Part shown: one piece after another, positions 1 to 8,387 of the stretch
Layout: each line of letters starts with the position of its first letter
How positions within the stretch are numbered: position 1 is the stretch's first letter
Assembly: GCA_030645915.1 (NCBI GenBank)
Contig: JAUSNO010000004.1
Location: 5,269 to 69,268 of the forward strand
Source of the DNA: Undibacterium sp.
GTDB lineage: Bacteria > Pseudomonadota > Gammaproteobacteria > Burkholderiales > Burkholderiaceae_D
Reading direction: 5' to 3'
Length of the DNA: 64,000 bases
Program-made: the position numbers and the translations under genes
Notes under the pieces: model-generated
What the model was told of the DNA's origin: nothing
What the model saw: the letters and a program-made list of their open reading frames with translations, nothing else
Databases searched by the model: none

Positions 1-84
1 GGCAGGCTCAAGACGCAGTATCCATGGGCCTTAGCGGACATACCTTGCCACCAGGCGCAGCCAGATTGCGTGTTGGCGTGGCAT

Positions 85-123
85 AATCCACAAAATTCAA
101 TCCACAAAATTCAATCCGCAAAG
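85..123. repeat. 14-bp tandem repeat upstream of the DUF808 gene
   Basis: AATCCACAAAATTC occurs at 85-98 and 99-112, followed by a partial unit AATCCGCAAAG at 113-123. The repeat ends 25 bp before the ATG at 148. Confidence 0.6.
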
Positions 124-147
124 ATCACTCTTCAAAAGGAAAATATA

Positions 148-1113
148 ATGGCCGGTGCTAGTCTGCTCACCCTACTCGATGACATCGCCTCCGTCCTGGA
201 CGATGTGGCGGCCATGACCAATATGGCGGCCAAGAAAACGGCCGGTGTGCTGGGAGACGATCTGGCGTTAAATGCGGAGCAGGTCAGCGGCGTTAGCGCG
301 AACCGCGAGTTGCCGGTAGTGTGGGCGGTGGCGGTTGGTTCTTTCAAGAATAAAGTTATCCTGGTGCCACTCGCGCTGGGCTTGAGTGCCGTTGCGCCAT
401 GGGCCATTGCGCCCCTGTTGATGGCGGGTGGCGCGTATCTCTGCTATGAAGGCTTTGAGAAACTGGCGCATAAGTTTTTGCATAGCAAAGCAGAAGATCA
501 GGCTCACCGTGCCGAGATTTTACAGGCGGTCACGCATGTCGAAGTGGATATGGTGGCGTTTGAAAAAGAAAAAATTAAGGGCGCCATCCGTACCGATTTT
601 GTCCTGAGCGGCGAAATCATCATCATCACTTTAGGCGCTGTCGCCAGTGCCGCCTTTTCTTCGCAGGTGGCGGTGTTGTGCGCCATCGCCATCATCATGA
701 CGATAGGCGTGTATGGCTTTGTCGGCCTGATTGTGAAACTCGACGACATCGGTCTCTACCTCAAGCAAAAACAAGGCAGCAAGGCACTGGGCTGGTTGCG
801 CCTGGCGGTCGGCAATGGCTTGCTGGCGTTTGCGCCAAGGCTGATGAAATCGCTGACCGTGATCGGCACCATCGCCATGTTTCTGGTGGGCGGCGGCATC
901 CTGACACACCAGATTTCACCCGCACATCACTTTATCGAAAACACCACGCTGGCCGCCAGCGCGGTCGGCAACATAGGCGGTTTTTTGCAGGCGATCATGC
1001 CCTCGCTGCTCAATGTACTTGCCGGCGTTATCGCCGGTGCGGCGGTGCTGGTGACGGTGACGCTATTGCGACGCGTGTATGCCAAAGTCAAACCGCAAAC
1101 CCGGGCAGGATAA
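148..1113 (+). CDS. DUF808 (YedI-like) inner-membrane protein
   Basis: Track ORF 70..1113. The internal ATG at 148 gives MAGASLLTLLDDIASVLDDVAAM..., the typical DUF808 N-terminus. The C-terminal half is strongly hydrophobic. Confidence 0.75.
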   Translation: MAGASLLTLLDDIASVLDDVAAMTNMAAKKTAGVLGDDLALNAEQVSGVSANRELPVVWAVAVGSFKNKVILVPLALGLSAVAPWAIAPLLMAGGAYLCYEGFEKLAHKFLHSKAEDQAHRAEILQAVTHVEVDMVAFEKEKIKGAIRTDFVLSGEIIIITLGAVASAAFSSQVAVLCAIAIIMTIGVYGFVGLIVKLDDIGLYLKQKQGSKALGWLRLAVGNGLLAFAPRLMKSLTVIGTIAMFLVGGGILTHQISPAHHFIENTTLAASAVGNIGGFLQAIMPSLLNVLAGVIAGAAVLVTVTLLRRVYAKVKPQTRAG

Positions 1114-1196
1114 AGGTATTTTTGTCCTGCCAACATCCTATTCCTGTCAGCTGATTCATTGCGTGCAGAAAGTCGCGTGCTGAACCCATTCTGCGC

Positions 1197-1976
1197 TCAT
1201 CCGGATCTGTTTTTTGCCCATGGCCATGCGATGAGTTTCAGCAAGCTTTGCTCGGATTTCCCCTCCACCCCGATCCGCATTTCAGCCGTTCTTTTCGTCA
1301 GGCTTCGGCTGCCGAAAAGGCGGTCCCACAGCGACAAAAATACCGCGTAATTCGAATCGGTATCGGCTCTCTTGGCATGATGGTGCACCCAATGTATCGA
1401 CGGGGTGACGATGATGTAGGAGAGCAGGCGCTCGAAGTTAGGCGGCAAGCGCAGATTCGCGTGATGAAAAATGGCGGCAGACGCTACCAGCGTTTCAAAC
1501 AAAAGCACATGCGATAACGGTATCGCCAGCAGAACGATGAACGGTGCGCGCACCAGGCTCGATATCAGCACTTCGCCAAAATGAAAGCGCAGGGCGGAAC
1601 TGGCATCGAGTGTTTCATCCAGATGGTGCACTTCGTGAAAACGCCATAGAATCGGCAAGACATGAGCGGCACGGTGCCACCAATATATCCAGCAATCGAG
1701 AACGACCAGGTCAAACATCAGGCCCCTCCATCCTTGCATCCAGTCTGGCCGCCACAGCAAAGACCAATGGCTGGCGAAAGCGATGATGGGGACGATGACG
1801 GACACCGACAGCACGCCGTTCAGGCCAGCCAATGCAAGATTCTTGCCGATCCGGCTTAGTTTTTGCGCTGTCTTGACGAAGGGAATCAGCCATCCGGCCA
1901 ACAGGAAGGTCAGCAAAAACAGCAGGACGATAGCGCCCTTGTAGGTTGCCAGTGCCAGCGACAGGGTCTGATCCAT
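1197..1976 (-). CDS. fatty acid hydroxylase / sterol desaturase family membrane protein
   Basis: Three histidine boxes (WHRAAH, HEVHH, HWVHHH) plus N-terminal transmembrane segments. Confidence 0.75.
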   Translation of the reverse strand: MDQTLSLALATYKGAIVLLFLLTFLLAGWLIPFVKTAQKLSRIGKNLALAGLNGVLSVSVIVPIIAFASHWSLLWRPDWMQGWRGLMFDLVVLDCWIYWWHRAAHVLPILWRFHEVHHLDETLDASSALRFHFGEVLISSLVRAPFIVLLAIPLSHVLLFETLVASAAIFHHANLRLPPNFERLLSYIIVTPSIHWVHHHAKRADTDSNYAVFLSLWDRLFGSRSLTKRTAEMRIGVEGKSEQSLLKLIAWPWAKNRSG

Positions 1977-2009
1977 TTATTCTCCTTATGAGTCCTCAGC
2001 GGAACGCTT

Positions 2010-2363
2010 TCAGAAGACGAATACTTGTTCGGCCCAGCCCGACCAGTCGGCCAGCTCATCGAGCGTGCCGCGCTGCGCGCCGTCCATCAGCTCGTCCGGT
2101 TTCATGCCACGGGCATCCATGCAGGTGCCACACACCCCGACCGCACCGGCCTCGCCGCGCATGGCCTTGGCTAGCATGATCTGCATGTTGTAATAACCTT
2201 CCGGCACTTTTTGGCCCGCTTTGGCGGCGATTACGGCATCGCCCATGAGAAATATCCGGACTTCGTTGCCGTCCCGCCTGGCCAGTGCAGCGGCTAGGCG
2301 CAGGCCGTTATAGCTGCGCTCATCGCCGTAGGGCGCGCCATTTAAAATGAATAGAGCTTTCAT
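2010..2363 (-). CDS. DsrE/DsrF-like sulfur-relay family protein
   Basis: MKALFILNGAPYGDERSYNGLRLA... with a GVCGTCMDARG motif. An AGGAGG sits just upstream of the ATG at 2363; the longer track start at 2411 lacks this. Confidence 0.7.
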   Translation of the reverse strand: MKALFILNGAPYGDERSYNGLRLAAALARRDGNEVRIFLMGDAVIAAKAGQKVPEGYYNMQIMLAKAMRGEAGAVGVCGTCMDARGMKPDELMDGAQRGTLDELADWSGWAEQVFVF

Positions 2364-2382
2364 GATCCCTCCTTTAAATATA

Positions 2383-2406
2383 ACATTCCAATGATTATTA
2401 GAATGT
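2383..2406. promoter_or_regulatory. candidate ArsR-family operator (imperfect 24-bp palindrome) in the divergent promoter region
   Basis: ACATTCCAATGATTATTAGAATGT is self-complementary at 20 of 24 positions with perfect 6-bp outer arms (ACATTC/GAATGT). It lies between the divergent dsrE-like and arsR-rhodanese genes. Confidence 0.35.
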
Positions 2407-2483
2407 ATCACATAAAAGAATGCGCTTTATCTTAAAGAAGGAAAAATTTGACTTCAGCACATGATTGCCGTCACGCTGTCGCC

Positions 2484-3134
2484 ATGAGTACAAATCGAGA
2501 AATCAAAGACGCCCTGTTTGATCAAGTGGCGCGCATGGCCAAGGCCGTTGCCAGTCCAAAACGGCTAGAACTGCTTGACCTCTTGTGTCAGGCGCCCAAA
2601 TCCGTCGAGACGCTATCGCGTGAAACCGGCATCAGCGTCAAACTTGCCAGCGCCCACCTCAAAGAATTGCGCATCGCGCGCTTGGTGGCGACCGAACGGC
2701 AGGGTAAATATATTATTTATCGCATCGCCAGCCCCGAGGTGCCGCGCTTTTGGGTAACGCTGCGCACCCTGGCAGAAAGCCGCTTGTTTGAACTGCAAGA
2801 TGCGCTGCTTCAGCTATCGGCCTCAAGCAGTGAATGGCAGGGCGAAAGTCATGATGCGCTGTTGCGCCGCGCACGTGAGGGCGAGGTGGTGGTGATTGAT
2901 GTCAGGCCGGTCAGCGAATTCGAGCAGCAACATTTGCCATTCGCGCGCTCGATGCCACTGGCAGAATTGCGTGCCAGACTGGCGGAATTGCCTAAGGACA
3001 AACCTATCGTCGCCTATTGCCGGGGGCCGTATTGCCTGATGTCCGCCGATGCGGTGCGCCTCTTGCAGGAACAAGGTTTTACCGCATCGCAATTGCGTGA
3101 CGGCGTCAACGAGTGGGCAAGCATGGCTGGCTGA
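2484..3134 (+). CDS. ArsR/SmtB-family transcriptional regulator fused to a rhodanese domain
   Basis: Winged-helix segment (LELLDLLCQAPKSVETLSRETGISVKLASAHLKELRIARLV) followed by a rhodanese-like C-terminus (VIDVRPVSEFEQQHLP..., Cys loop AYCRGPYC). The start at MSTNREIK (2484) is preferred over the track start at 2448. Confidence 0.8.
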   Translation: MSTNREIKDALFDQVARMAKAVASPKRLELLDLLCQAPKSVETLSRETGISVKLASAHLKELRIARLVATERQGKYIIYRIASPEVPRFWVTLRTLAESRLFELQDALLQLSASSSEWQGESHDALLRRAREGEVVVIDVRPVSEFEQQHLPFARSMPLAELRARLAELPKDKPIVAYCRGPYCLMSADAVRLLQEQGFTASQLRDGVNEWASMAG

Positions 3135-3204
3135 AAGTGATTTGCGCGCCGCTCCAGGCATGGCAATCTGCTCGTGGTGAGCTAAACATTGTCAGCAGGG
3201 CACT

Positions 3205-3273
3205 CCAGCACGCAATCCCCATGCGGCCTGCAGGCCGGAGTGGCTGGAAAGCCGCATGAACAGTGCGTGCTGG
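3205..3273. repeat. REP-like GC-rich palindromic element (family A)
   Basis: CCAGCACGCAATCCCCATGCGGC...GCCGCATGAACAGTGCGTGCTGG long hairpin between the convergent arsR-rhodanese and msrA genes. Confidence 0.7.
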
Positions 3274-3341
3274 CCGGTATCATTTTAATTTTTGGCGTGA
3301 TGACGGGACTGATGCACCACGTCATTGATCTGGCCTGGGGC

Positions 3342-4034
3342 TCAATGCCCGGGCGCGCTTCCCCACAGCTGCTTCACCCTGGCATCACGCCCGCAACTGC
3401 TGCGGTAATACTGGTAACGAATCGGATTTTTCTTGTAGTAATCCTGATGATATTCTTCGGCTGGATAAAAGGTGCCGGCCATCACGATCTCGGTGACGAC
3501 GGCTTCCTTGAACGGCTTGGTTTTTTCCAGCGCGGCGCGCGATGCGGTGGCGATCTTTAGCTGTTCTTCGTTCTGCGCAAAAATGGCGCTACGGTAGGGC
3601 GAACCATGGTCGCAGAACTGCTGATCCTTGACTGTCGGGTCTATGCTGCGCCAAAAATAATCGACCAGCTTTGCGTAGCTGACTTTGGCCGGATCGTAGA
3701 CGATCTGCACCGCTTCGGCGTGGCCCGTGGTGTGCGCCGATACTTGTTCGTAAGTGGGGTTGACGGTCTTGCCGCCGGTATATCCGGAGGTGGTCGAGAT
3801 GACGCCGGGCACCTTGTCGAAATCCGATTCAACGCACCAGAAGCAGCCGCCGGCAAACACCGCCTTGGCGGTGGCACCGCTTGATGTCGCAGGAACAGGC
3901 TGGGCGCTGGCTGCCGCCGCCAGGCTCAGCAAGATGCCGGCAGCGGCGGCATGCAGAACGCGCCTGAGCCAGCTCTGTGTTTGTCTTTGCGTTTGTCTTT
4001 GCTTATGCATTGTGCTATTCATTTTATTGGTCAT
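3342..4034 (-). CDS. msrA: peptide-methionine (S)-S-oxide reductase MsrA, with N-terminal export-like signal
   Basis: GGCFWCVESDF catalytic motif. The N-terminus carries a hydrophobic LLSLAAAASA segment. Confidence 0.9.
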   Translation of the reverse strand: MTNKMNSTMHKQRQTQRQTQSWLRRVLHAAAAGILLSLAAAASAQPVPATSSGATAKAVFAGGCFWCVESDFDKVPGVISTTSGYTGGKTVNPTYEQVSAHTTGHAEAVQIVYDPAKVSYAKLVDYFWRSIDPTVKDQQFCDHGSPYRSAIFAQNEEQLKIATASRAALEKTKPFKEAVVTEIVMAGTFYPAEEYHQDYYKKNPIRYQYYRSSCGRDARVKQLWGSAPGH

Positions 4035-4513
4035 GCTGCACTCACGAATTTAAGCGCAACACCATTGTTGCAAAAACGTTTGCCGGTCGGTGCCGGGCCA
4101 TCGTCAAACACGTGGCCCTGATGCCCTTCGCAGCGGGCGCAATGGTATTCGGTGCGCGGCAAGAACATCTTGAAGTCGGTTTTGGTCTGCACTGCGCCGG
4201 GCAAGGTGCTGAAAAAACTCGGCCAGCCGGTGCCGCTTTCGTACTTCATTTCCGAGCTGAACAAGGGCAGGTCACAGCCGGCGCAATGGTAGATGCCCTT
4301 GCGCTTTTCCAGGTTCAGGGGGCTGGTTTGCGCACGCTCTGTACCCTCCTTGCGCAGCACATCGTATTGCGCGGGCGTCAGACGTTTTTTCCATTCGGCA
4401 TCACTCAGGCGCAGCATTTCAATCCGCACCGGCAGCGCGGTATTGCCGGCGGCAAAAACAGGGCGAGCCAGAGCCAGGCTGCCTAACATGGTCAAGAGTT
4501 GTCGTCGGTTCAT
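4031..4513 (-). CDS. msrB: peptide-methionine (R)-S-oxide reductase MsrB, with twin-arginine-like signal
   Basis: Two CxxC pairs (CAGC, CARC), catalytic RFCNNG, and N-terminal MNRRQLLTMLGSLALARPVFA. Its stop overlaps the msrA start (4031-4034). Confidence 0.9.
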   Translation of the reverse strand: MNRRQLLTMLGSLALARPVFAAGNTALPVRIEMLRLSDAEWKKRLTPAQYDVLRKEGTERAQTSPLNLEKRKGIYHCAGCDLPLFSSEMKYESGTGWPSFFSTLPGAVQTKTDFKMFLPRTEYHCARCEGHQGHVFDDGPAPTGKRFCNNGVALKFVSAA

Positions 4514-4737
4514 GATATGACTTCCAGTAGTGGTTCATGTTGGTTTAGTCGTGCTCGCAGTGAAAACCTTACACATCAAAAAACTAAAGTCGCTGCGTTG
4601 TGGCATGACGATGCTGGCAGTCTAGCGCACATTCTGATTTTTGTTTTTTGGCCGGAATGCGGCAATTTGAAGTGGTGCTTGCGGGCGAAATACCGGCCAG
4701 CGTAGTGCAATGTGCGTTGATTTTTAAACTGCCACGC

Positions 4738-4808
4738 CCACCACGCAATACCGGTGCGGCTTTCCAGCCGATCTGGCCTGCAAGGCGCATGGGACATGCG
4801 TGACGGGC
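4738..4808. repeat. degenerate REP-like element (family A)
   Basis: CCCACCACGCAATACCGGTGCGGCTTTCCAGCC...CTGCAAGGCGCATGGGACATGCGTGACGGG shares the family loop (TTTCCAGCC..CTGGCCTGCA) but has a decayed stem. Confidence 0.45.
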
Positions 4809-4829
4809 TTGCCACTTTTTAGTTTTTCA

Positions 4830-5870
4830 TCAGCAGCAGCTGCCGCTTTGCCCTGCATCCTTACTAAACGGCAGTTCGCCGCCGCAGCCGGCGAACAGGC
4901 CGAAATGCCGGCTGAAGTCGCCGATGAAATCGAAGTGCTGGTGCAGGCGCGTATCGTGCAGCATGTGCCAAGTGTTGCCGCAGACCGGGAACACTCTGCC
5001 GGTCTGCATGTCGTGGTGCTTGTCGAGCACAAAGCTGTGGGCGTGACCGGGTACCGTGCCGCGATAAATCACGGCCTGGCCGAAGTCTTCGCAGTTGGGT
5101 TCCAGCGTATCGAGCTTGAACAGGCGATAGGTGGCCGAATAGAACTCGATGCCTTCGGCGCGCTCGGCCAGATTGGGATCGGTGATGACGATAGGCCGGT
5201 CTTCCACCAGGCGCGGATCGGCAAAGCCGTGGCGCTTGGCCAGATGCAGGAAATCGTTCCAGTACAGCGCGCCGCCCAGACATTCGCCGTACATCAGCGC
5301 GTCATTCCTGACGCGATCCGGCACGCGGCGGTCGGCGTAGATATCGGAAAAATACAGCTCGCCGCCCGGTTTCAGCAAGCGGAAAATCTCGCGCAATACG
5401 GCGTCCTTATCCGGCGACAGGTTCACCACGCAGTTCGACACCACCACGTCAAAACTGGCATCGGCCAGCTTCAGGTCGCTGAGGTTTTCTATGTAGCCGA
5501 GGCGGAACTCGACATTGCTGCTGACGTGGCCGAACTGTTCGCGGTGGTAGTCCTGATGGCGCAGCGCGACATCGAGCTGCTCTTGCGTCATGTCCACGCC
5601 CAGCACCGAGCCTTGCTCCCCCACCAGTTGCGCCAGCGCATACACGTCGCGCCCGCTGCCGCAGCCCAGATCGAGCACACGGCAGCCTTGCAGCAGCGGC
5701 GGGCAGACCAGGCCGCAGCCGTAATAACGTTCGGTCACTTCCGGATGGATCTTGCCCAGCAGGGCTTTCATCCAGGCCGGTATCGATGCAAAATCGCAGC
5801 AGGCGCTGGTCTGCAGATCGCTGCTGCTTTGCAGCTGGCGGCCGTAGTAATCCTTGACTATCTCATGCAT
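4830..5870 (-). CDS. arsM: AS3MT-type arsenite S-adenosylmethionine methyltransferase
   Basis: SAM motif VLDLGCGSGRD. Colinear AS3MT-like blocks: YYGCGLV, VVSNCVVNL, GGELYFSD, YGECLGGALYW, ATYRLFK. Cysteines fall at the positions of the As-binding Cys residues, and the C-terminus is ...SGSCC. Confidence 0.85.
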   Translation of the reverse strand: MHEIVKDYYGRQLQSSSDLQTSACCDFASIPAWMKALLGKIHPEVTERYYGCGLVCPPLLQGCRVLDLGCGSGRDVYALAQLVGEQGSVLGVDMTQEQLDVALRHQDYHREQFGHVSSNVEFRLGYIENLSDLKLADASFDVVVSNCVVNLSPDKDAVLREIFRLLKPGGELYFSDIYADRRVPDRVRNDALMYGECLGGALYWNDFLHLAKRHGFADPRLVEDRPIVITDPNLAERAEGIEFYSATYRLFKLDTLEPNCEDFGQAVIYRGTVPGHAHSFVLDKHHDMQTGRVFPVCGNTWHMLHDTRLHQHFDFIGDFSRHFGLFAGCGGELPFSKDAGQSGSCC

Positions 5871-5910
5871 GTTGGTCTCGATTCAAGAGGGTTTATATTC
5901 GGTACAGATA

Positions 5911-7044
5911 TTATCGGTGTGCGGCCAGGAAGCGCTGGTCGATGCGCTGCTTCCAGCGCCATACCCATTTGCCTTCAAAACCGACGATACCCCAGGAGGC
6001 CACGGCGTTTTCGTCACCGGTGCCGATCAGGGTTAAAAAGCGCCGTTGCGGACGATAGGGCAGCAGTGGTTCGCCGGCAAAGACCGCGCGCAGGTTATGC
6101 GCCAGGACCGGCCCCATTCTTACCGCAAACACGCCGGCCTTGGGCAGCGGGGTATCCCAGCTGGCGCAATCGCCCACGGCAAACACGTTGGGGTGCGAGA
6201 TCGAACGCAGCGTATGGTTGATGCGCACAAAGCCTGCCTTATCGACCAGCAAGGCCGAGGCACGCGGCCAGCGGTGCGCCTCGGCGGCAGTGGCCCAGAA
6301 CACACAATCAGCCTTCAGCGCCCGGCCGTCGTCTGCCAGCACGGCATCGCCTTCACAGCGTAGCGCCGAAAAATTACGCACAACATGAATCCCGCGCTGC
6401 GCCAGCCGCCGCTCCAGCCGGTGCGCAGCGATCGGCGCAATCCCGTTCAGGATTTCACTACCGGCGCCTGCCAGCGTAAAGCGCAATTGCACCTGCGGCG
6501 CCAGCACGCTCAACGCATGCTGCATGGCGAGAATACTTTCGACGCCGGCCGCCCCCGCCCCCACCATCAGCACGGCAAACTTGCTGCCGGGTGCCAGCTG
6601 CCTGACCTGATCCTGCAGATCCTGCCAGGGTTGCTGCAACTGATACAGCGGTCGTAACGGGATCAGCTTCAATCCGGCATGCGCGGGCGGTACCAGCGTG
6701 GGACCGATATTGAGCGAGATAAAATCGTAGTTGAGCACCGCGCCGCTGGCCAGCGTGACCTGACTGGCATCGGGGTCGATGGCGCTGACCGCCTCGAGCA
6801 GAAACTGCGCACCGGCGCGCCGGCAAAGCGAAGGAAAATCGATGCAGATGTCGTCCCAGCGGTAGTGCCCCGCCAGCCAGGCCGGCAACATGCCGGAACT
6901 GGGTACGCCGGGCGAGGGCGAGACCAGGATGATCTCGACTCCCGGCATCGGCATCTCGGCAATGCTGCGCAACACGCCCGCGTGCGCGTGGCCGGCGCCG
7001 ATCAGCAGCAGACGTCTTCTGCGGTGTGTCTGTTGATCCATCAT
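5911..7044 (-). CDS. FAD-dependent pyridine nucleotide-disulfide oxidoreductase (NDH-2-like)
   Basis: N-terminal LLLIGAGHAHAG dinucleotide fold, a second GxGxxG (VLMVGAGAAGVE), and a GDCA motif. Its start overlaps the upstream gene's stop (7041-7044). Confidence 0.75.
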   Translation of the reverse strand: MMDQQTHRRRRLLLIGAGHAHAGVLRSIAEMPMPGVEIILVSPSPGVPSSGMLPAWLAGHYRWDDICIDFPSLCRRAGAQFLLEAVSAIDPDASQVTLASGAVLNYDFISLNIGPTLVPPAHAGLKLIPLRPLYQLQQPWQDLQDQVRQLAPGSKFAVLMVGAGAAGVESILAMQHALSVLAPQVQLRFTLAGAGSEILNGIAPIAAHRLERRLAQRGIHVVRNFSALRCEGDAVLADDGRALKADCVFWATAAEAHRWPRASALLVDKAGFVRINHTLRSISHPNVFAVGDCASWDTPLPKAGVFAVRMGPVLAHNLRAVFAGEPLLPYRPQRRFLTLIGTGDENAVASWGIVGFEGKWVWRWKQRIDQRFLAAHR

Positions 7045-7658
7045 GCTGCCATCCAGTGTGCGGGCACATGCGGCAAATCGTGTGCCTCATCGATGTCAAA
7101 GAGTGGCGGCAATTCAACCACAGTTTCATTGAGTAGCGCCAGTCTTGCGCGGGTGTGCGCCATCACTTGCGGCGTGCTCCAGGGCATATCGTCAAACAGC
7201 GCCGGTAGGGCGCGTGACAAACCCACCAGTACGTAACCGCCGTCGTGCGTCGGCACAAAGCTGGCAGCGTGGGTTTGCAGGGCAGCGGCAGCCTGGTTCA
7301 GCTGCGCCGCCTGCAAGCCCGGCGCATCGGTGCCGATCAGCAACACGCGCCGGTGTTCTTGCAGGCTACGCTGCAGCGCGCGCCACATGCGCTGGCCCAG
7401 ATCGCCTTCGCCTTGCTCGCTGAGCGTCAGGCCGTACTGTTGTTGTTCACGGATGAACTGCGCATGCGTCGCGTCAGGTGCGCAGCATAATTCGACCGGG
7501 CCGATATTGGCGGCAACCGCCTGTGCCAGCGTTTCGCTCAGCATGCGCGCAGCCAGACTGGCCGCCGCGACATCGCCTATCACGCGCGCCAGGCGGGTCT
7601 TGGCAAACCCCGCCACGGGGGCCTTGGCAAACACAATGATCTTGCAGTCGTCTTTCAC
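7041..7658 (-). CDS. DUF2064 / TIGR04282-like (CofC-like) putative glycosyltransferase
   Basis: IIVFAKAPVAGFAKTRLARVIG N-terminus and a LLIGTDAP motif, both typical of DUF2064. Sits in the ArsS/ArsM context. Confidence 0.7.
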   Translation of the reverse strand: MKDDCKIIVFAKAPVAGFAKTRLARVIGDVAAASLAARMLSETLAQAVAANIGPVELCCAPDATHAQFIREQQQYGLTLSEQGEGDLGQRMWRALQRSLQEHRRVLLIGTDAPGLQAAQLNQAAAALQTHAASFVPTHDGGYVLVGLSRALPALFDDMPWSTPQVMAHTRARLALLNETVVELPPLFDIDEAHDLPHVPAHWMAA

Positions 7659-7682
7659 AAATTTTCTTTCACGAATTCTCTT

Positions 7683-8387
7683 TCACTTATATTTTTCCGC
7701 CAGCTTGTCGGCCGGTACACCCAGCCAATACAGCAAACGCAGGTGCCACATCAGGACGATGGTGCGCCAGACGCCTGCAGTGCTCCAGCGCCGGCCAGAA
7801 GTGCGGACTTTTTGCGCCAGGCACAGCGGCGCAGAACGTCGCTTCAGCCGCCGCGAGATTTCTATGTCTTCCATCAGCGCCTGCGCGGGGAAGCCGCCCA
7901 CGGCCACAAAATCCGCCCGCCGCACAAAGATCGCCTGATCGCCGGTCGCCATGCCTGTCAGGCGCGAGCGCCAGTTCATCATGGCGGCGATCAGTTTCAG
8001 CATTTTTTGTTCGCCTTCGATGATGACGTCAAACCGGCCCCAGGCTTTTGCCGATGTGGCCAGCCCCTGCAGGATCGCGTGATGCGCGCCCGGCGGCAAA
8101 CGCGTGTCAGCATGCAAAAACAAGATGGTATCGCCACCTGCCACTGCCGCACCGGCGTTCATCTGGCTGGCGCGGCCGCGCGCGGCCGTGATGACCCGAT
8201 CGACCAGCGGCAACGCCAGTTGCAGCGTCGCGTCGCTACTGCCGCCATCGACCAGGATGACTTCGGCACCCGCTGCGCGCATCGCTTGCAAATCACCCAG
8301 CGTGCCAACGATGGCGCCAGCTTCATTCAGCACCGGCACGATCACCGACAGCGTTGGCAATACATCGAGCGGTAGCCGCTCAGCCAC
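7683..8387 (-). CDS. family-2 glycosyltransferase (TIGR04283-like)
   Basis: LSVIVPVLNEA...ILVDGGSSD GT2 signature. Overlaps the downstream gene by 8 nt. Confidence 0.7.
   Translation of the reverse strand: MAERLPLDVLPTLSVIVPVLNEAGAIVGTLGDLQAMRAAGAEVILVDGGSSDATLQLALPLVDRVITAARGRASQMNAGAAVAGGDTILFLHADTRLPPGAHHAILQGLATSAKAWGRFDVIIEGEQKMLKLIAAMMNWRSRLTGMATGDQAIFVRRADFVAVGGFPAQALMEDIEISRRLKRRSAPLCLAQKVRTSGRRWSTAGVWRTIVLMWHLRLLYWLGVPADKLAEKYK

Noticed and set aside
70-147. Upstream-extended start codons offered by the ORF track: 70 for DUF808, 2411 for dsrE-like, 2448 for arsR-rhodanese, 10599 for the TVP38 fusion, 15689 for the regulator, 27475 for the porin, 41021 for PEP-CTERM, 46472 for LysR, 51529 for osmC, 58887 for the amidotransferase.
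   Set aside because: The internal ATGs give canonical family N-termini or signal peptides. Several have Shine-Dalgarno sequences or start/stop coupling to the upstream gene. The extensions would overlap neighbouring genes or repeats.
3979-4002. 12-bp tandem duplication (GTTTGTCTTTGC x2) inside the msrA 5' region, encoding QRQTQRQT.
   Set aside because: It is in-frame, only two copies, and located in the dispensable N-region of a signal peptide. It is probably a neutral slippage product. It could also mean the true start lies downstream.
4800-6221. Long plus-strand ORF (473 aa) opposite arsM and the FAD oxidoreductase. Similar long antisense ORFs include 8104..8967, 11617..12435, 12737..13324, 14454..15110, 16699..17460, 21100..22113, 25931..26734, 33733..34641, 42020..42706, 56031..56747, 57252..58106, 59798..60595 and 62356..63168.
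   Set aside because: Their translations are low-complexity, Arg/Ala/Gly/His-rich, and carry no motifs. Each lies fully antisense to a CDS with strong family signatures. These are typical shadow ORFs of GC-rich DNA.
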